Positions 28,334-39,800 of a stretch of 64,000 bases of DNA are shown here, in pieces. A program made the translations under genes and the position numbers. Positions within the stretch are counted from its first letter, which is position 1; the number at the start of each line of letters is the position of its first letter. This DNA comes from Eledone cirrhosa (Eukaryota): positions 91,512,001 through 91,576,000 of the forward strand of contig OZ024743.1 of assembly GCA_964016885.1 (NCBI GenBank), in the 5' to 3' direction. The notes under the pieces are model-generated. The model searched no databases. It had not been told where the DNA came from and saw only the letters and a list, made by a program, of their open reading frames with translations.

Positions 28334-28369
28334 CTTTACCGATTTCGCCGTTCTTCTGCTTTTCAAAAG
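28334..28369 (-). ncRNA. Minimal hammerhead motif, U3-A8 variant
   Basis: Minus strand: ctt-TTGAAAA-gc(agaagaacg)gc-GAAA-tcgg-TA-aag; the stems are short. Confidence 0.5.
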
Positions 28370-28433
28370 TAGAGTTGAGATGGAGGGTCTGTGGTTTTTC
28401 TCACATCTGGTTGGTCTTTGAATGTTACTTGTT

Positions 28434-29192
28434 TTATGTATATATATATACGTTCTGTGAATCACAGAACGTACTGTTACCCTTAAGGGTGTTGTCGTTC
28501 TGTAGAGAAGAGCCGAGCGCGAGGGCCGTTGAGATTTGAGGCGTGGACAGGCACTTAGACGATAATGTGGTGGTGTTCTGGTGATGAGGATGATGATGAT
28601 GATGATGGCTGCCGGATGATGCCGATGACGATGTTAGGCGTGAACCAGTGGTGGCAGTGTGGCGTCGGTCGTTCCACCGTATGATGCAGATCGCTATTAG
28701 CATGACCAAACCGACTGACCCGGTCGCAGTAATGAGGGCGATGACTATGAGAAGGTTTTGACCAAATCCGCCATTCTCCGACGGTAGAAACCAGTCCTAA
28801 TTGTTCGACGTTTCGTTGCTGACCACAACAGACATATAGAGAGATAAATTGGCGGTGGTGGAGAATGGAGGGGTGCCACAGTCTTTTACCATTAGCTGCA
28901 GCATGTAAACTCCGTTGTCCTCTCGGGTTGCATTGCGGGCAAACGACAGCGACCCGAAGTTAGAGTCCATGGCGAACAAACCATTCTCGTATCCCGATAT
29001 GATCTCATAATTGAGTCTGGCATTCTCACTACAGTCCCTGTCGATGGCCTTAAGAACTGTGATCCCTTTCTCTTCTCAGGGTAATAATAGACGGCCATGC
29101 TAAAATTGTTAAAAATGGGTAACATGAAATAAGATCTGTTGTCGTTCTCATCAAGGACTTCGACCAAAACGTTTACTGTGTTGTTGAGAAAA
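28434..29192 (-). pseudogene. Protocadherin fragment (last cadherin repeat, TM helix, His-rich cytoplasmic start)
   Basis: VEVLDENDN..ITVLKAIDRDCSENARLNYEII..LFAMDSNFGSL..YMLQLMVKDCGTPPFSTTANL..LLIVIALITATGSVGLVMLIAICII; frameshift at ~29070 and stop at 28797. Confidence 0.88.
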
Positions 29193-29341
29193 CCTTAAAT
29201 CTGTACGAATTATGGTACTCGTGGTCCAATAGTTGCCCTACAGACAAGTTTTCCTTGGATAGTCCTTGACTATCCAAGGAAAACTTGAACCGTTAAAGTA
29301 TCCTTTTCTTAGTTATGTCAAAATTTATAAAACAAACTTTG

Positions 29342-29404
29342 TATTTTATCTGATGAAAGCGTACCAAAGTTTTGGTACCCTTGAAATATATATATAATAG
29401 AATA
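29342..29404 (+). ncRNA. Type I hammerhead ribozyme
   Basis: tattttat-CTGATGA-aagcgtaccaaa(gt)tttggtaccctt-GAAA-tatatata-TA-atagaata. Confidence 0.85.
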
Positions 29405-29540
29405 AATATGGTTTTAAAAATATAGTTTCCATTTATTTAATATCATTGAATATTATACTCCGGAAATACTGTTGAGTGCTCTGAATCAGTTATAAACATT
29501 TATATTTGCTGAATTACCAACAAATTGAATATCCCTTTTG

Positions 29541-29570
<30 letters not shown>

Positions 29571-29577
<7 letters not shown>

Positions 29578-29985
29578 AAAATAACAGGAGGTTGGACTTG
29601 TGTAAATCCTTGAAAGGGCGACCGACTAAAGTAGAAGATGCTAGATGGTAGATGGTCGGTCGTCCTCGGGTCTATGATTTTCAGCCCCATCAATTTTATC
29701 TGTTATATTCCTTTGTTATATTTCGAATACCTGATGATATCACCGGATTCATACGGAACCCGGTCATTGAAATGATCATAGTATAATAAACCTTTCAAGG
29801 ATTTACACAAGTCCAGCCTCCTGTTATTTTATTATAATAATTAACTCCGTACTCGCACCACCAGCTACACAAACGAAGACGGTTGAGCTGCATTACGTTG
29901 AGTACTCTCCATATTATTACATCGAGATTGACCATACGGAATGACCAATTCTATCCAGTGGTGAACCAACAAACCTAAATAAACA
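29571..29985 (+). mobile_element. (TA)n-inserted non-coding element with a 47-bp inverted repeat and a hammerhead (29727-29784)
   Basis: 29571-29617 is inverted at 29791-29837; atac-CTGATGA-tatcaccgg..ccggtcatt-GAAA-tgatca-TA-gtat. Confidence 0.78.
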
Positions 29986-30007
29986 AATATATATATATAT
30001 ATATATA

Positions 30008-30480
30008 TAATAAAGGGAGGAGCGCGCGGGACTGCGTACGGTTTATAATTTTTTATCCCATTAGTAAAATAAGTTGGATTACTTTGAATAAATAATGAAT
30101 GAATATTACATAATTTATCTACTAAATTTCGTGGTTGTTGATTAAATATATTTTGTTTATTTAAAGATTCACTTCTTTAAAATTTCTGAAATGTCAACAC
30201 TTCCGGTTGGCGATCGCTTGAATAAACATATTAATTTTCTGTCACAAATTTTTTCCTAATGCAGTTTATATATAATATCGTCTTTTTAAATGTATCATGG
30301 ATTACTTTACTGATTACATAAAACACTGTAACATGGTCTTCGTTCAATTTCTGTGTATATTGTCAATTACGATTTTATTTGATGTATCATATCTACATGC
30401 ATATATACCTGAGTATAATATCAATATACACACTACACATACTAGCAGAAAAACCACCCTTCGGGTAGTTTTTCTGCTAG
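30008..30480 (+). mobile_element. Non-autonomous Helitron-like element (second copy, without the SINE)
   Basis: Homologous to 14348-14981; 3' hairpin ctagcagaaaaaccacc-cttcg-ggtagtttttctgCTAG. Confidence 0.6.
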
Positions 30481-31724
30481 TATATATATAATATATGAGT
30501 CCACGGTTCAATTAGATGTAACCAAAGTGAGTAAGGTACTCAATACATTAGTAAAGTGTAAACATCATGTTTAATATAAAAATATCATTTACAGGACTAG
30601 AACTGTTTCATTCAAAATAAATCATCAGGAAAGCCGACTGTCTTTGTAAAACTGTTGTATTTATGTTTTCTGGTGATTAGGGATGTGTGGAGGTCATTGG
30701 CCAAGGGATCTTAAGGAACAGGGATTCTTTGAAAATAACTATTTTTTATATATACACACAATAATACAATGAGTGAAATTGTGAACCTTGTCTTTTATCT
30801 GTAAAATTGTAATATTGTGTATATATCTAAACATAGTTTTTTTCAAAGAATCCCTGTTCTTTAAAATCCCTTGGCCAATAAAAGAATCACATACAAACAT
30901 TATTAAAAGGGTCGATAAAATAAAGTACCAGTAATGCACTGAGTTATTGCTGGCCTTGTGCCTAACGTAGAAACAATTATTAAAAGTAGAAAGATACTTA
31001 TCTTAGTTAGCTCCCTTGTCCCTAACTTATCTCCCTTTAATCTAGTTATTTTGCCATTTTACAAATAGATAGATACACAGTGTCCCCTCTTTGTTTTCAT
31101 TTTTTAACTTTCTTTCCCACATTTTTTTTCTACTTTAAGCCAAGTACTTCTCCTGCAGTCCTTTCAGAAGGATGAAGGCTTCAGTGGCGCTTTTTCCTGG
31201 CAAAATTCAAACTGCATCTCATCAAGGTGTAGATGGTCTCTAATCAGTTACTTTCATGACCTGGTCAATCAGTTTCATGTCACTTTAGTTACCTTTCTGT
31301 AAGGCATCCTCTTTTCCCTTATAGAAGTTGACAATGGTACTATTACATCAGTCATCTAAATCTATATCTATATTATAGTATAAAAAAGAGATGTTTGTTG
31401 GTTGGTTTCTTTGCACTTCACAAAAACGAAAACTGACAACCGAAAAGTAAGTACAGTAATTGAATAAGAGTATATCCAGGAAGGTTTATTGATAATAATT
31501 TTATACCATCAAAGAAGAAAAACATCCCGGGTATGCTAACCAGAACCAGCCTGACTGCTATTTCTAGTAGATTGGGAATCAACCATAAGGGATTCTCTCT
31601 GCGCGTTCGTTGTCAGTGATGATAGTGTTTCGCGGCCAGCTTCGCTGTGAATTCGAACGCTGATTTACACACACACACGCACGCACACATATACATACAC
31701 ACGCACACACACGCATATATAATT

Positions 31725-32299
31725 ATCTATATCTATATTTACATACAATATAAAAGATTGGAACTACCATCACTCTTTTGAGATACCTGCACCCAACACG
31801 TCTATACAATGACACATGCTTAACAGTCAGGCGGATGGTGAACCATCTCCTAGAGGTCACTATTCTTAGAGGCAATCATCAAGGAGAAAATGCATTTATT
31901 CCCAAGATTCCTCACATCTGTTTCTCTACCGAGCTGTCGTTCAAATTCTCAAGATTTCATTTCTCTGTTAGAGACAGTTTTGCTATGACCATACATAAAG
32001 CTCAAGGCCAGAGTCTCAAAGTTGTAGGGTTGAGTATAAGAGAATCAGTTTTTACCAATGGACAGTTATATGTAGGTTGTTCATGGGGGAACACCTATAT
32101 ACTATGTACGAACAGTAAAACGAAGAATTTGGTGTATCTGGAAAATTATTTACTGTTTTTTTTGTTTTTTTTTGTCACACACACGCCACGGTCTCGCCTC
32201 ATATTGTGAACCAGACAACGCATCCAATATACTCATTTTCTTTTCTACATGTCTTCTGTTATCATCTGTTTACCCAGGTGAAGCTGGGTAGTCATCTAA
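31725..32299 (+). mobile_element. Helitron derivative carrying a PIF1-like helicase C-terminal fragment
   Basis: ORF 31778-32209: LYNDT.LTV, FIPKIP, FAMTIHKAQGQSL..VG..VFTNGQLYVGCS; 3' hairpin tacccag..ctgggta followed by ctaa. Confidence 0.82.
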
Positions 32300-32786
32300 A
32301 TACTATATATAACTTAAATTGACTAGCTAGCTGTCGACATTTCGAAGATTCTCAAGCTGTTGCTAGTTCTGTGAAATAAAACTGTTTGGTCTGAACTGTT
32401 AATATTTATCTAAAAAAAACTTCCAACAGGAAATCAAAGTGTTTTTATTCTGAACACTATTGTTTATCAGTTAATTATTGTTTCCAAACTTTGTAATTTG
32501 GACCACAGCTTCTTCATGGGATTCTGAATATTTAACCTTTTCCAAAACAGAAATCTTCAAGACATACACACATATATATATATGCATACATACATATACA
32601 TGCGCACACACACATTATATATATATATATAAATTAGATTTCGTTTCAAGCATAGCTTTATACATTATGTATAGAAATTTCGTATTTCTAAAGAAATACG
32701 ATTTTAGGAAGCCGTAGCTATGCATACACTGGGGGGGGGGGGGGCTAACGCCCACTGGTGGTGTCCAGCAGAAGCAATGGGGACAA

Positions 32787-32828
32787 CCGTCTATGCATTT
32801 CAGGCTTCATTGGCCTTCGTCAGGACGG
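32787..32828 (-). ncRNA. Compact, perfectly paired type I hammerhead ribozyme
   Basis: Minus strand: ccgtc-CTGACGA-aggc(caatgaa)gcct-GAAA-tgca-TA-gacgg. It lies between ~95-bp direct repeats at 32636-32730 and 32968-33061. Confidence 0.88.
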
Positions 32829-33441
32829 TCCCTCTCACCGCTTGCGACTGCTGGACTTGAAAACAGTCGAGAATATATAGTTTTCTCGTTTGTGTAAATG
32901 AGCTGATTAATCTCATTTGCATATGAATCTGCATAAGTTGGCTCAACTTATAATAGAAAAGAAATAAGATTTCGCTTCAAGCAGAGCTTTATACAATATG
33001 TATAGACATTTCGTATTTCTAAAGAAATACGATTTTAGGAAGCCGTAGCTATGCAAACACTCTGGTGTACTGGGTGCTTTTTGAGGTGACACCTACACGA
33101 CCGCTTTACAGGAGAAAACATTTTTTTGTTCCTTTTTAGTACAGTCTCCATTAACCTTCATGTTTTGCTAACATTTTGATGTTCTTTGCAGTTTTAATCA
33201 CAGAATTTCCATCATTTTCAAAATCTATTCCCAATTCTTCTGTAAACTTTCTACTTATTATTATTTGGCAGTACCGGTAGAGGGTCTGACGTCATGCTTT
33301 GCCGCAAAGAGTTACGGCCCTTTATGGGCTGAGTTCAAATCCCGCCGAGGTTAACTTTGCCTGTCATCCTTACAGGGTCGATAAAATCAAGTACCAGTAA
33401 TGTATTGGGTAATTGCTGGCCTTGTGCCAAAAGTAGAAACA

Positions 33442-33475
<34 letters not shown>

Positions 33476-34725
33476 CTTGAATCTCAGTCATTGATGTTGG
33501 TTAACTGGAAAGTCCGTTGGATTGAATATCAAGCCACTACCTGCAGCCTCAGATATTCAGGACGTATCGGAGGGTTCTTGCTGTTCCAAGCAAGCATGCC
33601 TTTTGAAGCGTTCCAAAAAGCGTGAAGGGGCCGATTTTCTTTAACCATCCCTGGAAACCTTTGGAGATAGTCCCCAGTGCGCCTATGACAATCGGGATCA
33701 CTTTGACTTCATGGCAGTTCCAGATCCTTTTCACCTCCCACTTTAGGTCCTGGTATCGGTTAATTTTCTCCCTCTCCTTCTCTTGCACTCTCGTGTCGAA
33801 CGGGCAGGCCACATCCACAATCAGGCACGATCTTTTTTCTTTGTCCACAACCACCAGGTCAGGTCTATTGTGTTCCAGTTTTTTGTCCGTCTGTATCCTA
33901 AAATCCCACAGCACCTTCACCTGACTGTTCTCCATCACCGCCTCTGGCCTATGCTCATACCATTTCTCAGAATGTGGTAGATTGTTTACTTTGCACAGGT
34001 GCCAGTGGATCACCCTGCCCATCACATCGTGTCTCCAGCCCTTATAGTGGGTCTGGGCTAGGTGTTTACACTCGGACACAATGTGAGCCACAGTCTCCTC
34101 TCTCTCTCCACAGATCCTGCACAGTGGGCTAGCCTCCTCCTTGTAGATATGGTGCTTCAACCACTTCGTTTTGAGGGCCTGCACCTGCGCAGCCATTAGC
34201 ATTCCTTCTGTAGCCTTTTTGAGGTCTCCTCTTCTCAACCAGTTCCATGTCTGTGGATCTCTAAATTCAGTTTTCTCAAAGAAGGTACTATGAAGGGATT
34301 TTCCCTTAAGGCTGCTCTTCCTCCTTGATGTTATTTCCTCCTTGGACATCCCCTGGCCTACTGTCCCCTCCTTCAGTACAGTTCTGAGCATTGGCTCCTT
34401 ACTATAGGTCACGTATTTGTATAGGTTGTTTTTCTCCATCTGAACACAGTCCTCTATGCTGATAAGACCTCTTCCACCCTCAGATCTCCTTAGGTAGAGT
34501 CTATCGACATCACTCCTCTTGTGGAACATGTTGTAGATAGTCAATAGCTTCCTAGTCTTCCTATCCATTTCTTTTTGTTCAGCAACATTCCATCTCAGAA
34601 TTCCCGCACTGTACCTAATAATAGACACAGCTCGGGAATTTACTGCGCTTATGGCATTTCTGCTGTTCAGATGTGACTTCAATACGCTCCTTCCTCTTCG
34701 AATGTATTCAGTTCTTAACAATTCC

Positions 34726-34726
<1 letters not shown>
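33476..34726 (-). mobile_element. R4/Dong-like RLE LINE, 5'-truncated copy 1, in (TAA)n
   Basis: ORF 33549-34721: GGRGL thumb, CRIC..ETVAHIVSEC knuckle, RHD, RPDLVVVD..IVDVACP (PD-(D/E)xK endonuclease). Confidence 0.92.
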
Positions 34727-34819
<93 letters not shown>

Positions 34820-35206
34820 GAGTCTCAGTCATTGATGTTAGTTAACTGGAAAGTTTGTTGAAATGAATATCAAGCCACTACCTGCAGCCTCAGATATTCA
34901 GGACGTATCGGAGGGTTCTTGCTGTTCCCAGCAAGCATGCCTTTTGAAGTGTTCCAAAAAGCGGGGCTGGACTAATCTTCTTTAACCATCCTTGGAAACT
35001 CTTTCAGATAGTACCTAGTGCTCCTATGACAATCGGGACGACTTTGATTTCATGACAGTTCCAAATCCTTTTTACATCCCACTTTAAGTCCTGGTATCGG
35101 TTAATTTTCCCCCTCTCCTTTTCTTGCACTCTCGTGTCGAATGGGCAGGCCACATCCACAATCAGGCACGATCTTTTTTCCTTGTCCAAAACCACCAGGT
35201 CAGGCC
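34820..35206 (-). mobile_element. R4/Dong-like RLE LINE, copy 2 (short 3' fragment)
   Basis: Near-identical to the 3' end of copy 1; (TAT)n on both sides. Confidence 0.9.
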
Positions 35207-35302
<96 letters not shown>

Positions 35303-35304
<2 letters not shown>

Positions 35305-36751
35305 TTTGAGTCTCAGTCATTGATGTTAGTTAACTGGAAAGTTTGTTGAAATGAATATCAAGCCACTACCTGCAACCTCAGATATTCAGGACGTATCGGA
35401 GGGTTCTTGCTGTTCCAAGCAAGCATGCCTTTTGAAGCGTTCCAAAAAGCGCGAAGGGGCTAATTTTCTTTAACCATCCCTGGAAACTTTTTGAGATAGT
35501 CCCTAATGCGCCTATGACAATCGGGATCACTTTGACTTCATGGCAGTTCCAAATCCTTTTTACCTCCCACTTTAAGTCCTGGTATCGGTTAATTTCCTCC
35601 CTCTCCTTCTCTTGCACTCTCGTGTCGAATGGGCAGGCCACATCCACAATCAGGCACGATCTTTTTTCTTTGTCCAAAACCACCAGGTCAGGTCTATTGT
35701 GTTCCAGTTTTTTGTCCGTCTGTATCCTAAAATCCCACAGCACCTTCACCTGATCGTTTTCTATCACCGATTCTGGCTTATGCTCATACCACTTCTCAGA
35801 ATGTGGTAAATTGTTTACTTTGCATAGGTGCCAGTGGATCACCCTGCCCATCACATCATGTCTCCAGCCTTTATAGTGAGTCTGGGCTAGGTGTTTACAC
35901 TCGGATACAATGTGAGCCACAGTCTCCTCTCTCTCCACAGATCCTGCACAGTGGGCTAGCCTCCTCCTTGTAAATATGGTGGTTCAACCACTTCGTTTTG
36001 AGGGCCTGCTCCTGCGCAGCCATTAACATTCCTTCTGTAGCCTTTTTAAGGTCTCCTCTTTTCAACCAGTTCCATGTCTGTGGATCTCTAAATTCAGTTT
36101 TCTCAAAGAAGGTACTATGAAGGGATTTTTCCTGAAGGCTGCTCTTTCTCCTTGATGTTATTTCCTCCTTGGACATCCCCTGGCCTATTGTCCCCTCCTT
36201 CAGTACAGTTCTGAGCATTGGCTCCTTACTATCAGTCACGTATTTGTGTAGGTTGTTTTTCTCCATCTGAACACAGTCCTCTATGCTGATAAGACCTCTT
36301 CCACCTTCAGATCTCCTTGAGTAGAGTCTATCGACATCACTCCTCTTGTGGAACATGTTGTAGATAGTCAATAGCTTCCTAGTCTTCCTATCCATTTCTT
36401 TTTGTTCAGCAACATTCCATCTCAGAATTCCCGCACTGTACCTAATAATAGACACAGCTCGGGAATTTACTGCACTTATGGCATTCCTACTGTTCAGATG
36501 TGACTTTAATACGCTCCTTACTCTCCGAATGTATTCAGTTCTTATCAATTCCTTCCTTTTTTTGTTCTTGATATCATCAGCCTCCAGAACACCCAAATAC
36601 TTGTATCCTTCTTCAGAGTCAATTTCCTTTATCATCTCACCTGTTGGTACCTGGATTCCGTTACTTCTGCTCAACTTACCCTCTTCATCACAATGACTCC
36701 ACACTTACTAATATCAAATTGCATACATACATTATTGCTGAAAATACGGAC

Positions 36752-36756
<5 letters not shown>
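35303..36756 (-). mobile_element. R4/Dong-like RLE LINE, copy 3
   Basis: ORFs 35378-35938 and 35895-36704 joined by a frameshift; YKYLG RT7 motif and RLE. Confidence 0.92.
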
Positions 36757-36805
<49 letters not shown>

Positions 36806-39800
36806 GGCGACCTACGTAGTAAATCGTATCATCGTGAGCTCCGCAAAGGTTTGTTATTTCCGTTTGTTAAAAATTGCCATTTATGGAAAATTTTATTGTT
36901 AACTGTTTATAAGCACACATACATTGTTTTCCGAAAAGGACACCCAAAAAGATTGGGGCCTTGTGCCCAAAATTTTAACTTTTATTATTATCAAAAAATT
37001 TCTTTGAAAAAAAGTGGCTAATTAACCTCTGCACGAAGCAGCTGAAAGCCTTCCTCACAAAATAACACCTCACACCGACACCACCATTGTAAATGTTACT
37101 ACGTTTGCCAACACAAAAAAAATATAAGCAGTTGCAATATTTTAAATTTGTCTCAGGCAGACATTCATTTCCCGCCATTACCAATGACTGCAGGTGTTAA
37201 ACCCTCCACCACCACCACCACCGCGACAACCCCCACCCCCACCCCCACCGCGACAACAGAAACAAAAGAAGAAAAAAATAAATTAACTCGTGATGTCGAA
37301 ATGAAATCAAGCAAAATGGACTCTTCCCCACCAAAGACGACTGACGTCACCACCACCACAACTGAAACTAAAATTAATATTAACACAAATAACGATAGCA
37401 ACAACAACAACAATGACATTATAAAACCGACCCTCAGTTTCGCCAGAGTAGCAAAACAATTCGAAGCATTTACGGTAACTCAGGAGGATTTAGAAAATGC
37501 CAAACAAATGGTAAAGAAAGATGGGTACAGGGTCAGCCTCACCCCCACCTTATAAAATGGAGCATCGGCGCCTATGCACCGTGTCGTATAGAACAATAAA
37601 TGTAAAATCGCGCCGAGTGGAACGGGCATCCGAGTCCCAAATCCAAAAAGCTTTGGGACATATGTGGGCAAGAAAAACCCACATCAGACGTGGGCAAAAG
37701 TATGGAACCGTGGACGTGTTCTTTGAAACACCAGAGGAGGCTAGAGAACACTCCATGGCCCCATTAAAAAGTGACGACTTCACACTCGTCCCAAGCTATT
37801 GTGGACAGAGACTCGTAAAGATCAGGGTGACCTACGTTCCACCGGCCATCGAAATTCCCTGGCTAATAGCGGCCGTCCTCGCCGGCATCGAAGCCAACAC
37901 GAAAATAATAGCAATAGCAAAAGAAAAGCAGGAAAACTGGTCCGGATCTGGGATGGAGCTCCTGATCCAAGCGGACCAAAAAAGCATTGAGGAGATCCCA
38001 GAGGTAATAGACCTCACTGACGGCAGCCACCTCACGGTAATTGTCGAGGGCAGAAGACCTAGGTGTGTCGTTTGTGGTGAAGGAACCCACCTAAGGGCTT
38101 TCTGCCCTCAGGCTAAAAGGTTGAGGCCACCTCTCCTACCCACCCAAGTGACACAACCATCAACACCACCAGTAGCAGAGATGGCAGCAACAACTGTAGC
38201 AGCAACAACAGAAGCAACTATAACAGCAACAACCCCAGCAACAGTAGCAAAACCAACACCACCACCACCACCAGCAAAACCAACACCACCACCACCCAAC
38301 GCTTCAGAACTAGCACCAGCGCCTACACCATCCACCACGCCACAACCAAAACTAACGCCTGTGGAGGATTTTCCACTCCCCGGCCTATCACAACTGGAGA
38401 CAGATTGTGACGACGAAGAGTGGGAAACGATATCCGGAAAAAAAAAAAGAAACCAAAAAAGAAAAAATTCTCTTCCTTCCCCCTCCAAAAACAAAATACA
38501 GAGGGAAACAAATAAACTAAGAAACAAAAAAGTTAGGACAGATATACCACCATCTACACCAGCATCACCAACCCCATCAACCCAAACACCAACACCATCA
38601 CCATCATTAACTCCAACACCACCATCACCTACACCACAAAAGTCACCAAAATGCGAAACCGAAACAAACCCACAACAAACGCAAACAAAACAAAACAACC
38701 AAAACGATACACACTACACAGCATTAAATTTGAACAACAAGCAATTATTACACTACATCCAACACAACACCAGCATCACAGAAAAAGACTACACAACAAC
38801 CCCAAAATTCACACCACCTCCACACATACAAATCACTCGCATCACACAGAAAACGTACATGACACTAAAACAAAAATTCCCCAAAGACATCGGAGACTTC
38901 CGACAAGCACTCTCCAGGAGGATTTATAAGGACATCCTTCCTGAGGAGGCCACAAGCAGTGAAAAGGATGGAAAAACCGTCCTTCCCCTACGAGAAGTAA
39001 GGCAAGCTTTCAGGTTAGTGGCCGTCTATGCCCCGACAGGAGCAGGGCGGCCTGATTTCTTCCGGCGTCTGGAGACCTTTCTTGGAACGTCCCGCTCTTT
39101 AGTGTTAGTGGGCGACTGGAACGGGATCTTAGATGCACGCTGGGATTGTGTGGGATTAGTGGATAGGGAAGGAGGGTGCAAGAGTCTCACCAACCTGCTC
39201 AGACGTTTTGAACTGTCTGACAGGTACCGAATGGATTTCCCGAATGTACCAATGTGGACTTGGAAAAATCGCATAGGGTCATCCAGATCATATCTAGATA
39301 GAGTATTTTGTAGGGAAATAGATAGGTCTAGCATAGGCTGTCCACAATTCAAGATAGTCAGCTACACGGACCACACATTCGTGATCTGTGTGCTTGACTT
39401 AGATAGGCTTCATAGGCGAGGACCCGGCTACTGGAAGCTAAACGCGTCCTTACCAGCGCGCAAGGCCTACAGAGACCGGATTAGCGAACTAGTTAAGCGG
39501 GCGTTGACGGGGGCCATCGTCAACAACAAGTGGTGGTTTGCTCTGAAAAGAGCAATTAGAATAGAGTCCATTAGGTTTAGTAAGACTTTAGCAATAGAGA
39601 AAAATAGAGCAGAGGGAGAACTAGTTAGAAAATTAGATGAGGCGCTTAGCAAAGGCATCGCGACCGACGTACTTGCGGCGAAATTGGCCCTTGACCAATT
39701 TTTCAATGCAAAGCACGAAGGCTGCGTTGTCAGAGCTAGGGTGCGTGCTCTCAGACACGAGGGGACGAAAGCCGTTCAATGGGCCCGAGTGGCGGAGGCG

